A DNA stretch of 64,000 nt from an uncultured delta proteobacterium (GTDB lineage Bacteria > Myxococcota_A > Polyangia > Polyangiales > Polyangiaceae), in contig CAWAIF010000003.1 in NCBI GenBank assembly GCA_963782055.1, positions 5,312,001-5,376,000 on the forward strand, written 5' to 3'. Shown here piece after piece: positions 1 to 10,338 of the stretch. Positions within the stretch are counted from its first letter, which is position 1; each line of letters begins with the position of its first letter. The translations under genes were made by a program, and so were the position numbers. The notes beneath the pieces are model-generated. The model worked only from the letters and a program-made list of their open reading frames with translations. It did not search any database and was not told the origin of the DNA.

Positions 1-134
1 GGCCGTACGGGACAAGTTGTCATACTCCCTAGGGAGTATTGCCAGGCGCCTACACATCTGCTGCCATCTAGGCACGGGGCGGTCATCGGACGGGCGCAGG
101 GTCTCGACGTCGACAACGCGGCGCAACCTTCCCA

Positions 135-3100
135 ATGCGGGGGCAAATCATGGAAGCTCGAACGGCGTGGCGGGAGTGGATCAAGCGGACGAACGTGCGA
201 CGGTGGGTGCTCTTCGGCACGCTCGTGTTCCTCGGCGGGTGCGTCGCCACCTTTCAGGCGTGCAGCTCGAACGACGAGGCTGCGGTGACCTCGTCACAGG
301 GCCAGCCGCTCACCGACGACGGCGGCGCGACGGTTCTGGGTGCGAATCCGAGCCGCACGGGCGAGTACTACGACGAGAGTAACACGCTGACCGTCGCGCA
401 CGTCGGCAGCGGCAGCTTCAAGCGGTACAAGTCATACATCGTGGACGGTCCCGTGTACGCCCAACCGCTGGTCATCCCCGGCGTGAACACCGCGCAGTAC
501 GGGCTACGAAACATCCTGCTCGTCGCGACGACGAGGAACAACCTGTATGCGTTCGATGCGGACCGGCCCGACGCACCAGTGCTGTGGTCCGTCGGCCCCG
601 CGCAATTCGGAACGCCGCCCCAGATTGGCGTGGTGAAGCTGGCGGGCGACGCCGGCAACGGCCTCATCGACCCGAACACGCCTCTCGCCCCGGACGGGTG
701 CGGGAACGTGGGGCAGCTCGGCATCCTCTCCACGCCGACCATCGTCGGAAACACGGCCTTCGTCGTCGCCGGGAAGATCGCGACCACCGGTCCGGAGACG
801 TACGTCTACCAAGTCTGGGCCATCAATCTCACGACCGGCTACGTCGTCGGTGGCCCCACGGCCATCACGGCGAGTACGGGTGGCGTCAGCTTCACCGGCG
901 AGGGCGGCACGCTGACCTACACCCACCAGCCGCACTCGTACTACATCCAGCGTCCGGGACTGACGACAGTGACCGTTGGGGGGAACACCTTCCTGCTCGT
1001 CGGTTTCTCCAGCAGCTGCGACGCTCCGAGTCCTTACTACGGGTGGCTCGTCTCGATGAACGTGACCAACCCCGCGAGCATGACCCAGGCCGGGGTGTAC
1101 TGTCCCACCTGCTCGGCGCAGACGAACGGTAACGTCCATGGGTATCCGGGAGGGACAATCTGGCAATCCGGAGCAGCGCCGGCGGTCGACGGCGCGAACG
1201 TCTTCGTCGAGACCGCGAACGGGAACTACGAGGCGGGCACCGCCCTGTCGGACTCACTGGTGCGGCTTACGGTCCAATCCGACGGCTCCCTTGCGGTCGC
1301 GGACTACTTCACTCCGTGGAACGAAACGACGCTCGCCCAGCACAACTACGATCTCGGCTCGGCCGGCCCAATGATCCTTCCGGGGAGCATGGTCCTCGCC
1401 GGGAGCAAGGCCGGCACACTCTACCTGACGAACGAGCTCGGGCTCGGCGGCTACCAGCAAGGACCGGACGGCGGCGACAACGTCCTCAGCGAGGTGCAGG
1501 GCTCCTGCCCGCAGAACAACAACGCGACGCCGTCGGCCAACTGCTTCGGGACCCAGGTTCCATTCGATGCGGACGACGGCGACTGGGCCCAGATGCACGG
1601 GTCGGGCGTGTACTGGTCGGAGAACCACTGGGTCTACTTCAACGGCCAGTGGGATACCTTGCGGCGCCTGCAGGTCGACCCTGTCGGCAAGACCATCCTC
1701 ACGACCCAGGGAGTCGGCGATCTCGCTTACCAGCCTTTCGTGAACGACGCGGGACAGACGATCTACCCGGGCGTCGGGATGGCGTCGTTGTCCGTGCCCG
1801 CGAGCAATCCCAGCGCGAACGGCATCCTCTGGGGAAACCGTCTCTATCGCAACATCCTGGGCCAGCAGGACTACGGCTTCAACCGGACCGACATGGCGAA
1901 CGCCGGCGCGCCGGACGCGGGAGACTATCGCACGCCCGAAGGTCTGACCGCCGGTGAGACCTGGTACGGCTACTTCGTCGCGGTGGACGCCACCAACATG
2001 ACAAAGCTCTACGAGGACAAGGATCAATTCATCGGCGCGAAGTTCACGGCGCCGGAGATCTACAACGGGCGGATCTACCTCGCCACGTTCTCCGACGAGG
2101 TCCGGACCTACGGGTGGGACTCGGACGGGGACGGCGTCCCGGACACGATGGACAACTGTCCGACGGTGCCGAACGCGGACCAGGCGGACAGCAACGAGGA
2201 CGCCGAGCGGCTCAAGAGCATGCCCCTGCTGGGCGACGCGTGCGATCCCAACGCCACCACCTCGCTCGCCCCGCTCCCGGTCAACGGGCAGCACAACGAC
2301 ATCGCGACCGACGACGTCCACGTTCCCTGCACGGACGAGTACATCGGCTGCGGCTCGTCGAGCACCACGTCGGACACGTGCCCGAGGCTCTTCAACACCA
2401 ACCTCACCTTCAGCGCGCACATCGGAAACGACGCAGGCACGGCGCCGGCAGCGTTCGGCACCACGGGCCCCGCGTTTTGCAAGTGCCCTTTCGCGAACCA
2501 GTACAAGTGCCTGCAACAGGCTGGCGGCGGCTGCGATGGCGCGGACGACAGTCTATTTCCGGCTCTGGATAGTGGCGTGCCGGCAACATGGAACGCCATC
2601 AGCAACCTTCCCACGCCCGACGCGTCCGCGCAGTGGTTCTCGCCGATCGGGCTAACCCACGAGGAGCCGTGGAACGCCGACCACGCGAGCACGACCCAGC
2701 AGGTGTGGGACTACCCGAACGACCTCGCGCGCTTCGGCGCCAACTCCGACGCGGGGGCCTGCGACGCGAGCCAGTGTGGTCTGCAAGGCGAGCTCTGGTC
2801 TCACGTGATGGGCTTCACGCCAAACGGGTCGACCGAGAACGCGTACAGCGACGCCAGCATCAACAACAGCTATGTGAACGCCACGGCTCAGTTCGTCCCC
2901 ATGCCGTACCGCTTCTTCCCGCTTCCGTGCCTGCAGCCGGCCTACTTCCCGTGGTGGATCTGGGTCGAGGGCTCGCAGATCTGGTCGCCGGATCCCACGT
3001 GGCTCTTCCCCCTCAGCTCCGGCGCAGGCATGCAGACGGCGTCGTTCGGGTTCGACGCGACCCCCGGCTTCACGTCCAGCGCGCTCTCGGTCCTCGAGCC

Positions 3101-4382
3101 GCTCACCGGCGGCGGTTCGACCAGCTTCCTCGTTCAGAGCGACGGCGCACGCACCCTCGGCACCTCCAAGGTGCTGGCGGCCGTCGCCACTCCGCTCGTC
3201 GGCACGTCCGGCGTGCAGATCGCCAGCGCGCTCCTGTCGAGCGCGGGCCAGGTGGACGCCCGGATCGCCATCAGCGGGGACAGCCACAACACCCTCTCGT
3301 ACGCGGTCGCCGAGGCGCTCGATCCGGAGGCCGGCAAGCTCTATGCGCTGACGCAGAACGGTCCGACGGAGACCCTGGTGACGGCGGACGTGGTCGGCGC
3401 GCTGGGCAACTACCCCTACGCGCAGAGCTCGGTCAGCATCACCGGGACGACCTTCTCGACGGCGCTCGCGCTCCAGTACTCCGACGCCAACGGCAAGCTG
3501 TACCTGCTCGATCGCGTCGCGTCCGGGGACGTCTACGAGCTCCGCCTGTCCGCGATCACCACGGGCGGCGTGATGACCGAGCTGTGGCACACCACCACCA
3601 TGCCGCTCAGCACGTTCCCAGCGGCCTTCCTCTCGGCCACGGCGCAGGGATCCGTCGTGGTGTCGATCCAGGCGGGCTCGACCACCGCGGAGGCCATGGT
3701 CGTCGACGGCAGCGGGACGCCGGCCGGCTCGTACGACGAGGCCGGAAGCATGCGCACGCGCGCGCTCATCGGGACGGGCGGCGGCGTGTGGTTCCCGCTG
3801 GAGGTCCCCGACACGGGCGGGCACGTGCTGCTGGCTCCGGTCTTCCAGCAGCGGCTGGTCACCGGCATCTGCGGCGCGGCGTGGTTCAAGAGCCACGCCG
3901 GCGCGAGCGGGGCGCTCGCGACCGCGGTCTCCGCGTGCAACCCCATCACCAACGGTGGCTTCGAGACGGGCACGCTCTTGGACTGGGCCGCGTCCGGCCA
4001 GTCGGAGAGCATCTCCTCGACGGCGCACTCCGGCTCCTTCAGCGCGATGCTCGGGAGCACGTCCCCCACCAACGGCGACAGCACAGTGCAGCAGACGTTC
4101 ACCGTGCCCTCGAGCGGCGGCACGCTCAACGTGTGGTACTCCAACGTCTGCCCCGACACCGTCTACTACGACTGGTTCACGGCCACCTTGCAGGATACGC
4201 TGGGTAGGACGCTCGCGACCATCGTGAGCAAGACGTGCGCGAGCTCGAGCGCGTGGACGCACGCGACGCTCAACCTCAGCTCGTGGGAGAACCAGTCCGT
4301 CGTCGTCGTGCTCACGAGCCACGACGACGGGTACTACTACGACCCCACCTACACCTTCGTCGACGACGTGAGCGTGAACTGA
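135..4382 (+). CDS. Large exported/surface protein (1415 aa): N-terminal hydrophobic/lipoprotein-like signal, PQQ-like beta-propeller region, thrombospondin type-3 Ca-binding repeat, Cys-rich middle, C-terminal carbohydrate-binding-like domain
   Basis: Long ORF with high-GC3 codon usage; WVLFGTLVFLGGC signal; DGPVYAQPL/GILSTP/DLGSAGP propeller motifs; DSDGDGVPDTMDNCPTVPNADQADS TSP3 repeat; NPITNGGFETG...VDDVSV C-terminal domain. Confidence 0.8.
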   Translation: MRGQIMEARTAWREWIKRTNVRRWVLFGTLVFLGGCVATFQACSSNDEAAVTSSQGQPLTDDGGATVLGANPSRTGEYYDESNTLTVAHVGSGSFKRYKSYIVDGPVYAQPLVIPGVNTAQYGLRNILLVATTRNNLYAFDADRPDAPVLWSVGPAQFGTPPQIGVVKLAGDAGNGLIDPNTPLAPDGCGNVGQLGILSTPTIVGNTAFVVAGKIATTGPETYVYQVWAINLTTGYVVGGPTAITASTGGVSFTGEGGTLTYTHQPHSYYIQRPGLTTVTVGGNTFLLVGFSSSCDAPSPYYGWLVSMNVTNPASMTQAGVYCPTCSAQTNGNVHGYPGGTIWQSGAAPAVDGANVFVETANGNYEAGTALSDSLVRLTVQSDGSLAVADYFTPWNETTLAQHNYDLGSAGPMILPGSMVLAGSKAGTLYLTNELGLGGYQQGPDGGDNVLSEVQGSCPQNNNATPSANCFGTQVPFDADDGDWAQMHGSGVYWSENHWVYFNGQWDTLRRLQVDPVGKTILTTQGVGDLAYQPFVNDAGQTIYPGVGMASLSVPASNPSANGILWGNRLYRNILGQQDYGFNRTDMANAGAPDAGDYRTPEGLTAGETWYGYFVAVDATNMTKLYEDKDQFIGAKFTAPEIYNGRIYLATFSDEVRTYGWDSDGDGVPDTMDNCPTVPNADQADSNEDAERLKSMPLLGDACDPNATTSLAPLPVNGQHNDIATDDVHVPCTDEYIGCGSSSTTSDTCPRLFNTNLTFSAHIGNDAGTAPAAFGTTGPAFCKCPFANQYKCLQQAGGGCDGADDSLFPALDSGVPATWNAISNLPTPDASAQWFSPIGLTHEEPWNADHASTTQQVWDYPNDLARFGANSDAGACDASQCGLQGELWSHVMGFTPNGSTENAYSDASINNSYVNATAQFVPMPYRFFPLPCLQPAYFPWWIWVEGSQIWSPDPTWLFPLSSGAGMQTASFGFDATPGFTSSALSVLEPLTGGGSTSFLVQSDGARTLGTSKVLAAVATPLVGTSGVQIASALLSSAGQVDARIAISGDSHNTLSYAVAEALDPEAGKLYALTQNGPTETLVTADVVGALGNYPYAQSSVSITGTTFSTALALQYSDANGKLYLLDRVASGDVYELRLSAITTGGVMTELWHTTTMPLSTFPAAFLSATAQGSVVVSIQAGSTTAEAMVVDGSGTPAGSYDEAGSMRTRALIGTGGGVWFPLEVPDTGGHVLLAPVFQQRLVTGICGAAWFKSHAGASGALATAVSACNPITNGGFETGTLLDWAASGQSESISSTAHSGSFSAMLGSTSPTNGDSTVQQTFTVPSSGGTLNVWYSNVCPDTVYYDWFTATLQDTLGRTLATIVSKTCASSSAWTHATLNLSSWENQSVVVVLTSHDDGYYYDPTYTFVDDVSVN

Positions 4383-4427
4383 GGCCGCCGTGGACGTTCG
4401 GGCGCCTTCGTGGCACGGTGAGCAGAG

Positions 4428-5789
4428 ATGAGCGCGCGGGCGGTCGTGGTCGTCGGCGTGGTGGTCGCCGTGGTCGGAGCGGCGGCGGTGCTCGTCCAAT
4501 GCACGGGGGACGACGCAGCCGGTGGCGCGGACGCGGCCGGCGACGTGCGGTACGGCGTGTGGCCGCCGCGTGACGCCGGTGGCGACGGCGCTGCGGGCGA
4601 CGCCAACGCCGACGGGAGTGGAGCTTGCAGCGTGACGAGCGACTGGCCGGGGTTCCGGCGGCTGACGGAGTTCGACCCGTGCGCGCCGGCGGACGTGCTC
4701 GTGGATCCGGACGCCGGGTACACCATGAGCTGGACGGATTGCGGGGACGCGGGGATAGCGGGATGCGAACAGATCACGCGCGTCGTCCCGCAGCAATTCA
4801 TGTACGCGTACGCGACACACGACGGGTCTGGATCTGGCAAGGCTCTTTATCTCGTCCAGGGCTTCAACCAGTCTTCGACCGTGCGACAATTTGACATCGT
4901 CGACATCGCAACATCATCAAGATTGGGTGAATGGCGCATCGACGAAGATCCTGTCGATATCGAGGTGGTGCTCGCGAACGCACCCGACTACACCACCGCG
5001 TTCCTCGGATGGCACTCGGGCAACATGTATGCGGACTTCGCCCCTGCGCAGACACTCTTCAACGCCAACCCCATGACGCTCAAGCAGTACCCGGCGCCAG
5101 GCCAGGACATCAACTGGGCCGTCTCCCCCCAGGTCATGGCGTTTCAGCCATTCTCCGCACAGGACACCATCTGCAAGGTCGAGGCGGGCACCTGCGCGCC
5201 GCTCGACATCAAGAGCATGCCCGGCACGCCTTACTACGCCTTCGCGTGGCACGACGTGGTGTTCGCGGTGGACGAGCACGGCTCCGCGGGCTGGGCGCAG
5301 GAGTACGTGATCCACGCCGACGGATCCATCGCCTTGCTGCGCAGCAACCCGAACGCCCACATCTGGGGCATGACCACCGACGGCACGACGCTCGTCTGGG
5401 AGGAGACCTACGGCACGACCGATCTCAACGGCACGCAGACGAGGACGGAGATCTGGAAGGCGCCCTTCACCACCGACAAGGCGACGCTGGACGCGACCGC
5501 CACGAAGGTCACCACGCTCCCGACGGCAGGGCTGGGCGGCGTCGGAATCTCCGGGCTCGACTTCTTCAACGGTCTCTACGCCACATACTTGAAGGCGCCC
5601 GCCGACGTCATCTACGTCGTTGACGTCGCCACGGGCAAGACGCAGTCGGTACCAAAGGGTCCGGGCGGGACCTTGGTCGGGATCGTTGGCCTTCCCTACG
5701 TCGACAGGAACGAATTGTGGGAGATCACGATCGGACTGAAGTACGTCTACTACCTCACGCGCATCCCGTTCGCGCAGCCGTGGAAGTGA
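4428..5789 (+). CDS. Putative lipoprotein/secreted beta-rich protein, copy 1 (453 aa)
   Basis: Hydrophobic signal ending in ...LVQC, low-complexity DAG linker; follows the large gene. Confidence 0.75.
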   Translation: MSARAVVVVGVVVAVVGAAAVLVQCTGDDAAGGADAAGDVRYGVWPPRDAGGDGAAGDANADGSGACSVTSDWPGFRRLTEFDPCAPADVLVDPDAGYTMSWTDCGDAGIAGCEQITRVVPQQFMYAYATHDGSGSGKALYLVQGFNQSSTVRQFDIVDIATSSRLGEWRIDEDPVDIEVVLANAPDYTTAFLGWHSGNMYADFAPAQTLFNANPMTLKQYPAPGQDINWAVSPQVMAFQPFSAQDTICKVEAGTCAPLDIKSMPGTPYYAFAWHDVVFAVDEHGSAGWAQEYVIHADGSIALLRSNPNAHIWGMTTDGTTLVWEETYGTTDLNGTQTRTEIWKAPFTTDKATLDATATKVTTLPTAGLGGVGISGLDFFNGLYATYLKAPADVIYVVDVATGKTQSVPKGPGGTLVGIVGLPYVDRNELWEITIGLKYVYYLTRIPFAQPWK

Positions 5790-5874
5790 CGCCGACGGGT
5801 TACAGTGCCGCTGACCCCGGCGCGCACGCAAGCCGCCAGCGCGTCGCTCTCGAGCGCGTGCCCTGTGGGGCCGT

Positions 5875-7017
5875 GTGGGTCAACTGGACGCGCAGCGGAG
5901 CGCGCTCGGCGGCGACAGCCACAACACCCTCGCCTACGCGGTCGCCGAGGCGCTCGATCCGGAGACCGGTAGACTCTACGCGCTCACGCAGAACGGTCCG
6001 ACGGAGACCCTGGTGACGGCCGACGTGGTCGGCGCGCTGGGCAACTACCCCTACGCGCAGAGCTCGGTCAGCATCACCGGGACGACCTTCTCGACGGCGC
6101 TCGCGCTCCAGTACTCCGACGCCAACGGCAAGCTGTACCTGCTCGATCGCGTCGCGTCCGGAGACGTCTACGAGCTCCGCCTGTCCGCGATCACCACGGG
6201 CGGCGTGATGACCGAGCTGTGGCACACCACCACCATGCCGCTCAGCACGTTCCCAGCGGCCTTCCTCTCGGCCACGACGCAGGGAGCCGTCGTCGTGTCG
6301 ATCCAGGCGGGCTCGACCACCGCGGAGGCCATGGTCGTCGACGGCAGCGGGACTCCGGCCGGCTCGTACGACGAGGCCGGGAGCATGCGCACGCGCGCGC
6401 TCATCGGGACGGGCGGCGGCGTGTGGTTCCCGCTCGAGACCCCCGACACGGGCGGGCACGTGCTGCTGGCTCCGGTCTTCCAGCAGCGGCTGGTCACCGG
6501 CATCTGCGGCGCGGCGTGGTTCAAGAGCCACGCCGGCGCGAGCGGGGCGCTCGCGACCGCGGTCTCCGCGTGCAACCCCATCACCAACGGTGGCTTCGAG
6601 ACGGGCACGCTCTTGGACTGGGCCGCATCCGGCCAGTCGGAGAGCATCTTGACGACGGCGCACTCCGGCTCCTTCAGCGCGATGCTCGGGAGCACGTCCC
6701 CCACCAACGGCGACAGCACAGTGCAGCAGACGTTCACCGTGCCCTCGAGCGGCGGCACGCTCAACGTGTGGTACTCGAACGTCTGCCCCGACACCGTCTA
6801 CTACGACTGGTTCACGGCCACCTTGCAGGATACGCTGGGTAGGACGCTCGCGACCATCGTGAGCAAGACGTGCGCCTCGTCGAGCGCGTGGACGCACGCG
6901 ACGCTCAACCTCAGCTCGTGGGAGAACCAGTCCGTCGTCGTCGTGCTCACGAGCCACGACGACGGGTACTACTACGACCCCACCTACACCTTCGTCGACG
7001 ACGTGAGCGTGAACTGA
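5875..7017 (+). pseudogene. 5'-truncated duplicate of the C-terminal ~370 aa of the 135..4382 protein
   Basis: Near-identical translation (DSHNTL...VDDVSVN), no signal peptide. Confidence 0.85.
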
Positions 7018-7062
7018 GGCCGCCGTGGACGTTGGGGCGCCTTCGTGGCACGGTGAGCAGAG

Positions 7063-8421
7063 ATGAGCGCGCGGGCGGTCGTGGTCGTCGGCGTGGTGGT
7101 CGCCGTGGTCGGAGCGGCGGCGGTGCTCGTCCAATGCACGGGGGACGACGCAGCCGGTGGCGCGGACGCGGCCGGCGACGTGCGGTACGGCGTGTGGCCG
7201 CCGCGTGACGCCGGTGGCGACGGCGCTGCGGGCGACGCCAACGCCGACGGGAGTGGAGCTTGCAGCGTGACGAGCGACTGGCCGGGGTTCCGGCGGCTGA
7301 CGGAGTTCGACCCGTGCGCGCCGGCGGACGTGCTCGTGGATCCGGACGCCGGGTACACCATGAGCTGGACGGATTGCGGGGACGCGGGGATAGCGGGATG
7401 CGAACAGATCACGCGCGTCGTCCCGCAGCAATTCATGTACGCGTACGCGACACACGACGGGTCTGGATCTGGCAAGGCTCTTTATCTCGTCCAGGGCTTC
7501 AACCAGTCTTCGACCGTGCGACAATTTGACATCGTCGACATCGCAACATCATCAAGATTGGGTGAATGGCGCATCGACGAAGATCCTGTCGATATCGAGG
7601 TGGTGCTCGCGAACGCACCCGACTACACCACCGCGTTCCTCGGATGGCACTCGGGCAACATGTATGCGGACTTCGCCCCTGCGCAGACACTCTTCAACGC
7701 CAACCCCATGACGCTCAAGCAGTACCCGGCGCCAGGCCAGGACATCAACTGGGCCGTCTCCCCCCAGGTCATGGCGTTTCAGCCATTCTCCGCACAGGAC
7801 ACCATCTGCCAGGTCGAGGCGGGCACCTGCGCGCCGCTCGACATCAAGAGCATGCCCGGCACGCCTTACTACGCCTTCGCGTGGCACGACGTGGTGTTCG
7901 CGGTGGACGAGCACGGCTCGGCGGGCTGGGCGCAGGAGTACGTGATCCACGCCGACGGATCCATCGCCTTGCTGCGCAGCAACCCGAACGCACACATCTG
8001 GGGCATGACCACGGACGGCACCACGCTCGTCTGGGAAGAGACCTACGGCACGACCGATCTCAACGGCACGCAGACGAGGACGGAGATCTGGAAGGCGCCC
8101 TTCACCACCGACAAGGCGACGCTGGACGCGACCGCCACGAAGGTCACCACGCTCCCGACCGCAGGGCTGGGCGGCGTCGAAATCTCCGAGCTCGACTTCT
8201 TCAACGGTCTCTACTCGACATTCTTTGGCGGCTACCCGTATCAGTACAAGATCTACACGGTCGACATTGCGACTGGACAGGTTCAAAGCTCACCGACGGG
8301 CCCCGGTGGCATCGTCCTCGGCCTTCCGTACGTTGACCGGAACGAGCTCTGGGAGGTCACGAGCACACTGAACTATCACGACTACCTCACGCGCATCCCG
8401 TTCGCGCAGCCGTGGAAGTGA
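7063..8421 (+). CDS. Putative lipoprotein, copy 2 (452 aa) with variant C-terminus
   Basis: Essentially identical to copy 1 until ~aa 370, then divergent until YLTRIPFAQPWK. Confidence 0.75.
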   Translation: MSARAVVVVGVVVAVVGAAAVLVQCTGDDAAGGADAAGDVRYGVWPPRDAGGDGAAGDANADGSGACSVTSDWPGFRRLTEFDPCAPADVLVDPDAGYTMSWTDCGDAGIAGCEQITRVVPQQFMYAYATHDGSGSGKALYLVQGFNQSSTVRQFDIVDIATSSRLGEWRIDEDPVDIEVVLANAPDYTTAFLGWHSGNMYADFAPAQTLFNANPMTLKQYPAPGQDINWAVSPQVMAFQPFSAQDTICQVEAGTCAPLDIKSMPGTPYYAFAWHDVVFAVDEHGSAGWAQEYVIHADGSIALLRSNPNAHIWGMTTDGTTLVWEETYGTTDLNGTQTRTEIWKAPFTTDKATLDATATKVTTLPTAGLGGVEISELDFFNGLYSTFFGGYPYQYKIYTVDIATGQVQSSPTGPGGIVLGLPYVDRNELWEVTSTLNYHDYLTRIPFAQPWK

Positions 8422-8699
8422 CGCCGACGGGTTACAGTGCCGCTGACCCCGGCGCGCACGCAAGCCGCCAGCGCGTCGCTCTCGAGCGCGTGCCCTGTGG
8501 GGCCGTGTGGGTCAACTGGACGCGCAGCGGAGCGCGCTCGGCGGCGACAGCCACAACACGCATTCCCATCGCCCATCGCGGCGGGTGCAAAGGCGCGTCC
8601 GCGACGGGGCAAGCGGGCGACGGGCCCGAAGCGGCCGTCGACGGACATCGCGGCGCTCGGCGAGCGCTTCCACCGGGCGGTGTGCGCGAAGCCCGGCGA

Positions 8700-8962
8700 G
8701 ACGATGAGTGTGCTTGCCGCCGTGTACGCCTCCTGGGCGTCCTTCGCCATCTGGCCGACGTTGTTGGTCGCCTCCGCCGTCTTCGACGTCTTGAGGTAGG
8801 TGTCGATGCCAGCGATGCCCATGACCGCGAGGAGACCGACAAGACCGACCGCTACGAGCACGATGATGATCACCACCGCCATCATGAATCCGCCCCCCTT
8901 CTTGCCTTCTTGGGGGCTTGACGTTGAGGGTACGACTGCTGGGGCGGCTGCGCGTAGCTCAT
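8700..8962 (-). pseudogene. Type IV pilin-like gene fragment, frameshifted and 3'-truncated
   Basis: KKGGGF + hydrophobic helix + YLKTSKTAEATNNVGQMAKDA pilin-like alpha1 segment; frame restored by removing one 8-bp repeat at 8897-8912. Confidence 0.55.
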
Positions 8963-9059
8963 GCCATCGATGATGGCAGGAAGGCGCCGAGCCCGGCAAG
9001 CGCAACCGAGACTGCTCGTCTTCGTCGCCCCGCAAATCCGAAGGGCGAACGCCGTCGAC

Positions 9060-9320
9060 TCCAGGAGCTTCGCCACCGTGGCGTAGACGTGGTCGCGAAA
9101 ACGCCGGCCCGTTCCCTCTGCTTGTCGGCCAGCAGCGCAGCACAGATCGCTCGGAGCGAGTGACCGTCGCTTCGGAGCTGCCGGATTCGGGTGACGGCGC
9201 GCTCCTCATCGGGGTCGCCCATCAACATCGAGGGGTCGTCGTCGGCGCGGCGTCGACCGTAGCGAGGCTCCCTGCTGTAGATCCGGTTCCCCGAAGAAGC
9301 GGAGCGCCGGGTACGCATCG
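9060..9320 (-). pseudogene. Remnant of serine recombinase C-terminal (recombinase) domain
   Basis: PRYGRRR...DPDEERAVTRIRQLRSDGHSLRAICAAL resembles the P.YG...P.E...I..LR..G.SLR.IA..L motif. Confidence 0.5.
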
Positions 9321-9344
9321 GCACGGTGATGATGCCGAGCAGGG

Positions 9345-9596
9345 TCACTTCTTCGACAGAAGCTTGATGCTGACGACCGTGCCCACGCCGATGACGACGG
9401 CCGCGAAGCCGTACGCGCGGCCGAGCGCGCGCGCCTTCCGCGACCACTCGTCGGCAACGACGTAGGTGCCTTGGGCGTCCGCGAGCGAACGCGGCTCCGT
9501 CACCGGAGGCAACGCCAAGCCGGTGATCGCGGGCGGCGCCATGGTCTCGCCCAGCGCGCGGACACCTCCGCCGACCGAGGGAAGGGAGAGCTTCAC
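9345..9596 (-). CDS. Small membrane protein (83 aa), C-terminal TM helix + basic tail
   Basis: Overlaps upstream ORF by 4 bp; GFAAVVIGVGTVVSIKLLSKK. Confidence 0.6.
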   Translation of the reverse strand: MKLSLPSVGGGVRALGETMAPPAITGLALPPVTEPRSLADAQGTYVVADEWSRKARALGRAYGFAAVVIGVGTVVSIKLLSKK

Positions 9597-9946
9597 GACT
9601 TCACCGCCTGCACGACCAGGGCGACGCCGCCGACGACCACCAGGCCGACGAGCGCGCCTTGGACCATGCCCATCATGAAGTCGTAGTTGCCGCGGCTGCG
9701 CTTGATGCCGGCGTGCACGTCGTAGGCGTTCGTCGCCTGCGCGACGAGCTCCTGGCGCTGCTGGTTGTCCTCCTCGAGCTGGTGCTGGTGCTCCCTAGCC
9801 CGTCGCTCGTCGGCGAGCTCCGCATCGCGTCCGCGCGCGTCCTTGGCGGCTGCGAGCAAGAGCTCGTCGGTGGAGGACGAACGCTCGCCCGGCCGCGACG
9901 CGGGCGGTCCATCGAAGGGGAGTCGAGTGAGATCGTGGTCGTTCAT
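9593..9946 (-). CDS. Small coiled-coil protein with C-terminal TM helix (117 aa)
   Basis: Translationally coupled; GALVGLVVVGGVALVVQAV. Confidence 0.6.
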   Translation of the reverse strand: MNDHDLTRLPFDGPPASRPGERSSSTDELLLAAAKDARGRDAELADERRAREHQHQLEEDNQQRQELVAQATNAYDVHAGIKRSRGNYDFMMGMVQGALVGLVVVGGVALVVQAVKS

Positions 9947-10338
9947 GATGCCTTCTCCGCCTTCTCTTCTGCCACCAATCTATCCCGGAAGCTCGGCCTG
10001 GTTGCGGTCTGCTCGTCTCCGTCGCTGCGCTCCGTGCTTGGCGTCAGGACGGCGATGAGTTCCCGGCGGAACGTCTCGATCGTGCGGTCCTGCTCGGCCT
10101 TGTACTCGGGCCTCGTGTCTCTCCACTCCAGCATCTTCGCGGTGAGCGCGGGCAGCACCGCAGCCCCGCGCAGCGCGCGCGCCGTGGCGTAGAAGGTTTT
10201 TGTGGAGCAAATTTCGCATGTACTATACAATTTTTGGCGCTTGTCGAGTCGGTAGACCATCCCGTCTGGGGCGAAGCAGTGCGGGCATGGTTGCGGCGCG
10301 AAGATCCTAGGTACCATCGGGCTGCTCCTTCGCGGCAT
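9943..10338 (-). CDS. Zn-ribbon protein
   Basis: CPHC...CEIC; coupled to neighbours. Confidence 0.6.
   Translation of the reverse strand: MPRRSSPMVPRIFAPQPCPHCFAPDGMVYRLDKRQKLYSTCEICSTKTFYATARALRGAAVLPALTAKMLEWRDTRPEYKAEQDRTIETFRRELIAVLTPSTERSDGDEQTATRPSFRDRLVAEEKAEKAS

Larger units (their letters stand above)
3279..8559 (+). repeat. Tandem duplication, unit ~2635 bp (3279-5913 / 5914-8545); GACAGCCACAACAC at all three junctions (3279, 5914, 8546)
   Basis: Direct comparison: ORF starts 4428 and 7063 are 2635 bp apart; copies near-identical except scattered changes and a divergent block. Confidence 0.95.

Noticed and set aside
4411..4426. Sigma54 promoter before the lipoprotein gene (TGGCACGGTGAGCA)
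   Set aside because: GG-to-GC spacing is two bases short and it abuts the start codon
135..5789. TraA/TraB kin-recognition pair
   Set aside because: No OmpA/beta-barrel TraB or PA14-like + Cys-repeat TraA architecture recognisable; only a TSP3 repeat is shared
5540..8382. Diversity-generating retroelement (VR/TR pair) explaining the variable C-termini
   Set aside because: Differences include indels and many non-adenine synonymous changes; no reverse transcriptase in the window
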